A stretch of DNA of 14,332 nt. Origin: Sulfurimonadaceae bacterium. Its GTDB lineage: Bacteria > Campylobacterota > Campylobacteria > Campylobacterales > Sulfurimonadaceae. Below are positions 7,987 to 14,332 of this stretch, in pieces. The stretch covers positions 1 through 14,332 of the forward strand of contig JBFESZ010000048.1 in NCBI GenBank assembly GCA_041548245.1, in the 5' to 3' direction. The stretch's first letter is position 1; each line of letters opens with the position of its first letter. The position numbers were made by a program, and so were the translations under genes. Under the pieces are notes generated by a model. That model did no database searches. It was not told the DNA's origin and worked only from the letters and a program-made list of their open reading frames with translations.

Positions 7987-8270
7987 TGAATATTGATAAC
8001 TCAATGGCTTTACTTCAAAGTAGGCAAAATACTCCCAAGATAGAAGATGGACTTGACAAAGTGGCATTAAAACAGCAGACAGACCAGTTTGAAGCTATCA
8101 TCTTAAAGCAGCTACTCGATACGTCTATGAAAGATGAAAACACACTATTTGGAAAGGACCCGGGAGACAAGATATACAACTCAATGTACAGAGATGAAGT
8201 CTCTAAAGTGGGAGCTGGGAATATAGGAATTTCACAGATGTTGTTCGATTATCTCACAGAAGGGAGATAG
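7986..8270 (+). CDS. flgJ: Short FlgJ (rod-binding domain only)
   Basis: TAATG coupling to flgI. QFEAIILKQLL...IYNSMY...GISQML rod-binding signature. No muramidase domain. Confidence 0.85.
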   Translation: MNIDNSMALLQSRQNTPKIEDGLDKVALKQQTDQFEAIILKQLLDTSMKDENTLFGKDPGDKIYNSMYRDEVSKVGAGNIGISQMLFDYLTEGR

Positions 8271-8283
8271 GGCTAGCTTTTAT

Positions 8284-8310
8284 TAAAGTTTTATTCGGAT
8301 TTGTCGATAA
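8284..8310 (+). promoter_or_regulatory. Sigma28 (FliA) promoter of flgM-flgN-flgK
   Basis: TAAA (8284-8287)-N15-GTCGATAA (8303-8310), one mismatch to TAAA-N15-GCCGATAA. Confidence 0.85.
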
Positions 8311-8349
8311 TGTCACTAAATACTGATTATAGGCAGATAAGGATTAGAA

Positions 8350-8550
8350 ATGATTTCCAAAGTAGGCGCTTCCGCCATAAGGAACACACAACAAGAAAGT
8401 GGAGCAAAAGAGGCTTCTAAACGTCCTTCAACTCTTGATAAACAGGGGGACACAAGTAAAATTGAGCAATTGAAGAGTTCAATTGAAAATGGAGAGTATC
8501 AACTCGACCTTAAAGCTTTGGCTAAAAAGATAGCGGACGAGATACTCTAG
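8350..8550 (+). CDS. flgM: Anti-sigma28 factor FlgM
   Basis: 66 aa. C-terminal KIEQLKSSIENGEYQLDLKALAKKI is the FlgM sigma-binding motif. AAGGA RBS; sits between flgJ and flgN. Confidence 0.92.
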   Translation: MISKVGASAIRNTQQESGAKEASKRPSTLDKQGDTSKIEQLKSSIENGEYQLDLKALAKKIADEIL

Positions 8551-8565
8551 TTATAAGGAGAAATC

Positions 8566-8994
8566 ATGTTGTCATATTATCTTACCAGTGCGGTTAATGA
8601 TTTAAAACAGTTAGTTAAAATGAGTGAGCAGGATATAGAAGATATCAAACTGGCACGCAGTGAACCGCAATTTGAAAGACGTAAAATCAAAGAAGACACT
8701 TTGAAGAGCTTTGAAAATAAGAAAGCGATGATTGACCATGAAATTTCCAAACTGATGACACAAAATCCAGATACTTCTTTGGATAAACTCCTTAATGAGG
8801 AAGAGAACGAATCTCTTTCAAATCTAAAATCAGCACTCTCGACACTTCGCGATGTCAACAAAAAATATGCAAAAATGGTACTTGCCGTTTCTTCATTCTA
8901 TAATACCTTATTGGAACGCCTGGTTCCAACTGAGATGGATGGATATGCCAAGAAAACATCAAAAGACGCATCCTTCTTGGAGATAAGAGCGTAA
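8566..8994 (+). CDS. flgN: Flagellar export chaperone FlgN
   Basis: AAGGAG RBS, all-helical 142 aa with L..VN..Y...V pattern and late GY motif. Located between flgM and flgK. Confidence 0.8.
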   Translation: MLSYYLTSAVNDLKQLVKMSEQDIEDIKLARSEPQFERRKIKEDTLKSFENKKAMIDHEISKLMTQNPDTSLDKLLNEEENESLSNLKSALSTLRDVNKKYAKMVLAVSSFYNTLLERLVPTEMDGYAKKTSKDASFLEIRA

Positions 8995-8995
8995 C

Positions 8996-10873
8996 ATGGC
9001 ATCGATTTTCAATGGCTTACATATCGGATACAGCGGGCTTTCTGCTTCTCAACTTGGCGTGAATACAACCAGCCATAATATCTCTAACGCGGAGACGGAA
9101 GGTTATTCCCGACAACGTGTTGTTCAGCAAACAACGGTGCCACTTGGAACAATTATCCCTGGTGCACAAGGTAATGGAACTCAGGTAAAGGAAATCGTAC
9201 GTATTCATGACGAGTTTGTTTTTTCTCGCTATACAAGTGAAAGTGAAAATAAAGAGTTTAGTGATTTACAACGACAGGTCTTAGAAGAGTTGTCGACTTA
9301 TTTTCCTGAAATTGAAAATGTCGGTATTAAATTTGATATGCAGGAATATTTTAACCTTTGGGGTGATTTGTCAATTAATCCTGACAATCAGGCTGTAAAA
9401 GTCGCTCTAGCACAACAAACAAAAGTATTAAGTCAAGATATTCAACAGACAAGAGGTCAGATTTATGACCTGCAAGTTACATTGAATGATCAACTTAAGG
9501 TTACAGTTGATGAGATCAATAGAATTGCTGAGCAGATTGCGACGCTGAATGCTGCCATAACAGAGACCGAGGCAATTGAAGGGCAACATGCAAACGATTT
9601 GCGGGATCAACGTGGAGTCCTTGAGATAGCGCTTTCTAAACTTGTAGACGCTACTATCCTGGAAGGCAATCTGTCTTCCAATATGCCTATGAGCAGAGAT
9701 ATTGTTGAAAAGGGCGGAGACTATACGGTTAGTGTAGCAGGGTTTAATATTATCGATGGAAAAACATTTCATCCGATAGTCATTGAAAACAAGGACAATC
9801 CTGCAGGGTTCTATAGCCTCTCTTATGAGCGCCAAGATGGTATACTACTGCCTATGGACGAGCATATCAAAGGCGGGAAAACGGGTGCGCTTCTAGATCT
9901 TCGCGGGAGTAGTTTTGATCTCAACGGAAATCTTCAAAATGGTCAACTACAAGAGATTATCAATCAACTTGACGGCTTTGCAAAGGGTCTGATTGAGAGT
10001 ACAAATAACTTGTATGCTCAGGCTGCCCAAGAGAGAATGTCATCCGATGTCCTGACTTTAGAAGATACAAGTACACTGGTGGATTCTGATTTAAATATCA
10101 ATTCAGGTACATTTGATGTGGTGGCTTATGATACTGATGGCAATGAAGTTGCTAGACGAACGATAAGCATTGATTCATTCACAGTGATGAATAATTCAAC
10201 GACCTTGTTACCTAATGGTGCAGCTAACAGTATTGTAGAACAGTTGGCATTTGTGTCTGATGATAATAATGATGGAAACGCTACCAATGATATCGATGAT
10301 ATATTAAGTGCTAATTACGTCAATGGCCAGTTTCAGTTACGTATCAACGATTCTGACTTTCCTGGATATTCTTTTTCAATACTTGACGATCAGACAAAGG
10401 GCCTTACATCAGGAACAAATTTCGCAGGCGCCATAGGCTTAAACCGTTTTTTTGAAGGTAATGATGCCACAAATATTAATCTGAAGCGAGATCTGCAAGA
10501 TGACCCATCTAAAATTAGTGCCAATAAGGCACCAATTGATGGTGACAATACATTGGCAAATGATATGTTACAGCTTCAGTTTGAAGATGTGACATTTGAG
10601 GCTAATGGTGTCGCAACAGTGGCGACAGTTTATGGTTATTATGATGCCATTGTGACTGATGTAGGTACACGTACCAATGCAGCTATCACGACAAATGATA
10701 CGGTGACAGCAAAATATAATGCGATTTTACAAAGTTATGAATCAATCTCTAAGGTAAATATTGATGAAGAGATGGTCAACCTTATCAAGTATCAGACAGC
10801 TTACGGCGCATCGGCCAAGATCATTACGACAATAGATCAGATGATGGATACACTTTTAGGATTAAAACGTTAG
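8996..10873 (+). CDS. flgK: Flagellar hook-associated protein 1
   Basis: N-terminal GYSGLSASQ...SHNISNAETEGYSRQRV, ANDLRDQR, and C-terminal SKVNIDEEMVNLIKYQTAYGASAKII. Confidence 0.97.
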   Translation: MASIFNGLHIGYSGLSASQLGVNTTSHNISNAETEGYSRQRVVQQTTVPLGTIIPGAQGNGTQVKEIVRIHDEFVFSRYTSESENKEFSDLQRQVLEELSTYFPEIENVGIKFDMQEYFNLWGDLSINPDNQAVKVALAQQTKVLSQDIQQTRGQIYDLQVTLNDQLKVTVDEINRIAEQIATLNAAITETEAIEGQHANDLRDQRGVLEIALSKLVDATILEGNLSSNMPMSRDIVEKGGDYTVSVAGFNIIDGKTFHPIVIENKDNPAGFYSLSYERQDGILLPMDEHIKGGKTGALLDLRGSSFDLNGNLQNGQLQEIINQLDGFAKGLIESTNNLYAQAAQERMSSDVLTLEDTSTLVDSDLNINSGTFDVVAYDTDGNEVARRTISIDSFTVMNNSTTLLPNGAANSIVEQLAFVSDDNNDGNATNDIDDILSANYVNGQFQLRINDSDFPGYSFSILDDQTKGLTSGTNFAGAIGLNRFFEGNDATNINLKRDLQDDPSKISANKAPIDGDNTLANDMLQLQFEDVTFEANGVATVATVYGYYDAIVTDVGTRTNAAITTNDTVTAKYNAILQSYESISKVNIDEEMVNLIKYQTAYGASAKIITTIDQMMDTLLGLKR

Positions 10874-10881
10874 TCCTAAAA
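10854..10881 (+). terminator. Hairpin overlapping the flgK stop codon, possible terminator or 3' stabiliser
   Basis: TTTTAGGATTAA-AACG-TTAGTCCTAAAA forms a 12-bp stem with one G-U pair and a 4-nt loop. No clean U-tract follows. Confidence 0.4.
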
Positions 10882-10922
10882 AATATTTGAATTTGTATTA
10901 ACCCTTATTCTTTTCTTTTACA

Positions 10923-10931
10923 TGCTATACT
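10923..10931 (+). promoter_or_regulatory. Extended -10 promoter for the permease/AI-2E pair
   Basis: TGcTATACT about 21 nt before GTG 10953, with T-rich sequence upstream. Confidence 0.6.
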
Positions 10932-10952
10932 ACTTTAAAAAAAAGATTATGT

Positions 10953-11759
10953 GTGAAAAAACCCTATTTTAGTATTTCCATATTGATATTTATATTTCTT
11001 TTTTCATTTTTAGGAGAGTATGTCTATACGACATCAGCCTATGAGTTAGATGCACTATCGATTCTGGCTGCTCCTTCACTTGAACATCCTTTTGGAACTG
11101 ACCGTTTGGGACGTGATCTTTTGGCTAGAGTGATCGAAGGCGGTCAGGTCTCTTTGATCATTGGTGTGGGTAGCGCCTTTATCGCATCATTCTTAGGGCT
11201 GATACTTGGAGCGACGGCAGGTTTTTTGCGTGGTGGTGTAGATAAGGCCTTTGTTGTTGTGGTTGACCTTTTTTTGACCTTTCCCACTTTTTTTCTTCTT
11301 CTTGCTTTGATCTCTTATGTCAATGCCTCTATCCTGGTGTTGATTTTTATTATTTCAGTCACTGGATGGATGACGACAGGGCGTCTTATACGTGCTGAAA
11401 GTTTCGCCATCACTTCTATGCCATTTATTAAAATTCTTAACATTGCCACTGTAAGCAAATGGAAAGTCTTACTCAAATATTATGCGCCTTTATTAGCTCC
11501 AATCTACTTTGTTTCTTTTACTTTCGGTGTCGGTGGTGCAATCTTGGCTGAGTCTGGATTGAGTTTTTTAGGTTTGGGAATCACCGCACCACAGATGAGC
11601 TGGGGAACGATCTTGAGTACGGCAAAATCAGTGAATGATATCGCATGGTGGGTAGGGGTTTTCCCAGGTCTTATGATTTTTTTAGTAACGTTCTCACTGA
11701 TGAACATTTCTAATTATCTGCAAAAACTGAGTAATCAGAAAAAAGCGTTGGTGGCATAA
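10953..11759 (+). CDS. ABC transporter permease, OppC/DppC/NikC family
   Basis: APSLEHPFGTDRLGRD, GGQVSLIIG, AILAESGLSFLGLG, SWGTIL and WW...PG motifs; about 6 TM segments. GTG start with weak RBS. Confidence 0.9.
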   Translation: MKKPYFSISILIFIFLFSFLGEYVYTTSAYELDALSILAAPSLEHPFGTDRLGRDLLARVIEGGQVSLIIGVGSAFIASFLGLILGATAGFLRGGVDKAFVVVVDLFLTFPTFFLLLALISYVNASILVLIFIISVTGWMTTGRLIRAESFAITSMPFIKILNIATVSKWKVLLKYYAPLLAPIYFVSFTFGVGGAILAESGLSFLGLGITAPQMSWGTILSTAKSVNDIAWWVGVFPGLMIFLVTFSLMNISNYLQKLSNQKKALVA

Positions 11760-11768
11760 AGGATAAAC

Positions 11769-12785
11769 GTGAATATACAACAGGAATCAGGAAGCACAAT
11801 TGTCAAGCTGGCTGCAATTGTAATTATCATAGCAGGTTTGATCGCGGCAAAATCTATTGTAATCCCAATATTATTAGCCATATTTATTACGATATTGACT
11901 TCACCGCTTCTGTTATGGTTACAAGAGAAAGGTCTAAACAACGCTTTTTCCTTAATCGGTGTTCTTGTACTTCTGATTATCGTCATGAGTCTGTTGGGCT
12001 GGTTGATAAGTACATCACTGAACGACTTCGCTTCAAACCTTCCCCTTTATGAAGCTAAACTCCGTGTTACCTTGGATAGCCTTGTGACGTATGCTCATGA
12101 AAAGGGATATGAGTTTTCTGATGCACCAATTACCGAGTTTATCAACCCTACGAAGATTGCACTGTTTGCTTCCGATATTGTAAAAGGTTTTGGAGCAGCA
12201 TTGACAAATGGTCTGATGGTCTTACTTTTGGTTGTGTTTATGCTTTTAGAAGCCTCTGTCCTACCGAAAAAACTACATGCAATCCATGCGAACGCATCAA
12301 CTCAGGCAGCAGAGTTCTTAAGTAACGTCAAAGCATATATGATGATTAAGAATATTTTCTCTCTTATGACCGGATTGCTTATCTATCTATTTCTCTTGTT
12401 TATCGGACTTGATTATGCTTTATTGTGGGGTGTATTGGCCTTTATGTTAAACTTTGTGCCCAATATTGGCTCTATTTTAGCGGCTATTCCCGCTGTTTTA
12501 CTGGCGTTGATTCAGTTGGGATTCATAGGGGCATTGGAAGTAACAGCTCTATTTGTGTTTGTCAATATAGTGTTGGGAAGCATGCTGGAGCCAAAATATA
12601 TGGGAGAGGGCCTGGGCCTGTCTACTTTAGTTGTCTTTTTGTCATTGATATTTTGGGGATGGGTGTTTGGTCCCGTAGGAATGTTACTCTCTATCCCTTT
12701 AACCATTATGCTAAAACTTGCTTTTCAGATGAATCCGAAAACACAATGGATAGCAGTCTTGCTTGATTCGGAAGTGAGAAAATAA
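11769..12785 (+). CDS. AI-2E (TqsA/YhhT, UPF0118) family transporter
   Basis: Multi-TM protein with LNFVPNIGS, EPKYMGEGLGLS and FWGWVFGPVGMLLSIPLT motifs. AAGGA RBS before GTG. Confidence 0.92.
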   Translation: MNIQQESGSTIVKLAAIVIIIAGLIAAKSIVIPILLAIFITILTSPLLLWLQEKGLNNAFSLIGVLVLLIIVMSLLGWLISTSLNDFASNLPLYEAKLRVTLDSLVTYAHEKGYEFSDAPITEFINPTKIALFASDIVKGFGAALTNGLMVLLLVVFMLLEASVLPKKLHAIHANASTQAAEFLSNVKAYMMIKNIFSLMTGLLIYLFLLFIGLDYALLWGVLAFMLNFVPNIGSILAAIPAVLLALIQLGFIGALEVTALFVFVNIVLGSMLEPKYMGEGLGLSTLVVFLSLIFWGWVFGPVGMLLSIPLTIMLKLAFQMNPKTQWIAVLLDSEVRK

Positions 12786-12800
12786 ATCGTTTTAAAAGAG

Positions 12801-12809
12801 TGTTATAAT
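12801..12809 (+). promoter_or_regulatory. Consensus extended -10 promoter
   Basis: TGtTATAAT followed by AAGGA RBS (12817-12821) and ATG 12828. Confidence 0.7.
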
Positions 12810-12827
12810 ATATAAAAAGGATGTGCT

Positions 12828-13115
12828 ATGACTAAAGACGAGATGATTCAAGAAGCTAAAGAGCAATTAGCCAAGTTTGAAAAAGAGATGGCCGAACTTA
12901 AAGAGGCGACGCTTCATCTAAGTGAAGAGGCTAAGAAGCAGTTTGATGTCGGGGCGAAAGAGTTAGAAAAACTCTATAAAGAAGCGGATGTCAAGTTTGA
13001 TGAGCTTTCCCATAAAGCAGAAGAGAGTTATAAGGAAGCAAAAGACTTTATAGAACTGACGAATAAAGCCTTAAGACATTCGTTTAACTATTTCATGTCG
13101 CATTATCGTAAATGA
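12828..13115 (+). CDS. Small charged coiled-coil protein (95 aa), resembles Sll1863-like helical-hairpin stress proteins
   Basis: Has its own promoter and RBS. E/K/A-rich heptad pattern with aromatic C-terminus. The family resemblance is by eye only. Confidence 0.75.
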   Translation: MTKDEMIQEAKEQLAKFEKEMAELKEATLHLSEEAKKQFDVGAKELEKLYKEADVKFDELSHKAEESYKEAKDFIELTNKALRHSFNYFMSHYRK

Positions 13116-13206
13116 TTTTTTTTGTATAAAATAGCCAGTTGTGAGACTAACTTTGAAGTGTATCCCTGGCACAAACTGTTAGAACTGGATATATTGGTAG
13201 CTTGAG

Positions 13207-13380
13207 CTACTCTTCATCATCATATATGGTAAAGACCTTTTCATAACCCATAAGTTGGAGCTTTTTATCCATTGTTTCTGCATCGAATCCATTGCTTTTG
13301 CAAAATGAAAGCAGCTTGTTGATCTGCTCTCGGCTTAATCCGGCAAGTTCAAGTTCGAGTTCAATCTCTTCTAAAGTCAT
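13207..13380 (-). CDS. Small acidic hypothetical protein (57 aa), absent from the ORF track
   Basis: AAAGGA RBS 7 nt before ATG 13380. Translates to MTLEEIELELELAGLSREQINKLLSFCKSNGFDAETMDKKLQLMGYEKVFTIYDDEE, stop TAG at 13209-13207. Confidence 0.8.
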   Translation of the reverse strand: MTLEEIELELELAGLSREQINKLLSFCKSNGFDAETMDKKLQLMGYEKVFTIYDDEE

Positions 13381-13541
13381 AGTTTTTTCCTTTGAGGTAC
13401 TAATAGATGCGTTCTATATAATATTTAAAATCAAGCGTATTTATAGCTTCAAAATTAAAAAAAAGAATTTAAATTTATTGATTAGATAAAGTCTCCTAAG
13501 CTTGTTTAAGCACGGTTTTTAAGGTAAGGCTTTACCATGGT

Positions 13542-13985
13542 TCACCTATCTTCTTTAATTAGGCTATTCGCCCATAGCGTAAGCTCGGCTTGAGAAAGTT
13601 GAGCACTGATACGGTTGACTTCTTGAGCTTTGTTAAAAGCGATGATAGTAGGAAGACCGCTGACGCCATACGCTTTAGCCACTTTTTGGTGCTCATCAGC
13701 ATTGATTTTAAGAAATCTTACCTTTAATGCAAAAGAGAGGGCTGCATCTTCATAGTCGTCATACATCGCCATGCAGGGACCACAAAGGGGAGAATAAAAA
13801 TCGATTAATACGGGTATGTCGTTCTCTTTAATGTGAATTGCACAAGTCTCATCTGTTGTTTCAACAGGGAAGGGGTCATCAAGAGCCTCTTGACATTGTG
13901 AGCAAGCCATCGATGTATTGGAATTTTTAACGTTGATAGTGTTAATACTGCTACAAAACGGGCATACGATTTTGAAAGTTTCCAT
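13542..13985 (-). CDS. trxC: Thioredoxin 2 (TrxC)-like protein with N-terminal zinc-binding CxxC pairs
   Basis: CPFC...CSQC N-terminal domain, PVLIDF, CGPC active site, cis-Pro motif GLPT. AAGGT RBS. Confidence 0.8.
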   Translation of the reverse strand: METFKIVCPFCSSINTINVKNSNTSMACSQCQEALDDPFPVETTDETCAIHIKENDIPVLIDFYSPLCGPCMAMYDDYEDAALSFALKVRFLKINADEHQKVAKAYGVSGLPTIIAFNKAQEVNRISAQLSQAELTLWANSLIKEDR

Positions 13986-14091
13986 GATTAGACACCTTTG
14001 GATAAATGATGAAGGAAGTATACACTGTTCTTAGAATGACAGAAGTCAGATATGAGGTTTTATTTTGATTTTAATAAAAATTTATAAAAAG

Positions 14092-14168
14092 TGGCGCGGT
14101 GGACGGGACTCGAACCCGCGACCCCCTGCGTGACAGGCAGGTATTCTAACCAACTGAACTACCACCGC
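14092..14168 (-). tRNA. tRNA-Asp (GTC)
   Basis: Reverse complement GCGGTGGTAGTTCAGTTGGTTAGAATACCTGCCTGTCACGCAGGGGGTCGCGGGTTCGAGTCCCGTCCACCGCGCCA: 77 nt, full cloverleaf, anticodon GTC, encoded CCA. Confidence 0.98.
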
Positions 14169-14216
14169 ATGTGTGTAGAAGAAAATAAATTTTCTGTTGT
14201 GTTTATCTTTTATAAA

Positions 14217-14292
14217 TGGTGGGCATTACAAGACTCGAACTTGTGACATCTACCTTGTAAGGGTAGCGCTCTACCAACTGAGCTAAACGCCC
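14217..14292 (-). tRNA. tRNA-Val (TAC)
   Basis: Reverse complement GGGCGTTTAGCTCAGTTGGTAGAGCGCTACCCTTACAAGGTAGATGTCACAAGTTCGAGTCTTGTAATGCCCACCA: 76 nt, anticodon TAC, encoded CCA. Confidence 0.98.
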
Positions 14293-14325
14293 ATTTATTA
14301 AGAAAAGAGTTGTTATCAACTATAA

Positions 14326-14332
14326 TGGCGAC
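14326..14332 (-). tRNA. 3' tip of a probable further tRNA (possibly tRNA-Glu), truncated by the window
   Basis: TGGCGAC reads ...GTCGCCA on minus after a short AT-rich spacer. Only 7 nt are visible, so identity is inferred. Confidence 0.4.

Noticed and set aside
200..12766. Numerous short alternative-frame and antisense ORFs nested in purH, cbpA, murA, flgI, flgN, flgK and the transporters
   Set aside because: They lie inside well-supported genes and show no recognisable motifs.
13292..13489. + strand 65-aa ORF from the track
   Set aside because: No RBS, Ser-run low complexity, and antisense to the better supported 57-aa minus-strand gene.
10874..14168. Possible genomic island integrated at the tRNA-Asp 3' end
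   Set aside because: No integrase, no duplicated tRNA 3' end (att) that I could find by eye, and no evident compositional shift.
1..14332. CRISPR array, IS element, toxin-antitoxin pair, known riboswitch or frameshifted pseudogene
   Set aside because: I saw no regularly spaced repeats, transposase, terminal inverted repeats or known riboswitch cores. All recognised genes appear intact.

Overview
Core-chromosome segment of a motile Campylobacterota (Epsilonproteobacteria) bacterium. A Sulfurimonas/Sulfuricurvum-like lineage is inferred from gene order and protein style, not proven. Gene order: 3' part of purH; a small exported 83-aa protein; the cbpA-hspR heat-shock operon with a HAIR operator over its promoter; murA (minus); five overlapping genes (hypothetical, membrane protein, ExoX-like DEDDh exonuclease, degenerate receiver-like protein, rsmD) behind a candidate sigma54 promoter; the flagellar cluster flgI-flgJ-flgM-flgN-flgK with sigma54 and sigma28 promoters; an orphan OppC/DppC-type permease and an AI-2E transporter; a coiled-coil protein; a 57-aa ORF missed by the ORF track; an atypical TrxC; tRNA-Asp(GTC), tRNA-Val(TAC) and the 3' tip of a probable third tRNA. 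I saw no CRISPR array, IS element, integrase or prophage, and no clear-cut new system. The best leads are the possibly sigma54-driven uncharacterised operon upstream of flgI, its structured upstream region with an anti-SD-like tract, a tiny exported protein with a beta-barrel-type C-terminal signal, and the orphan permease with a degenerate EAA loop.
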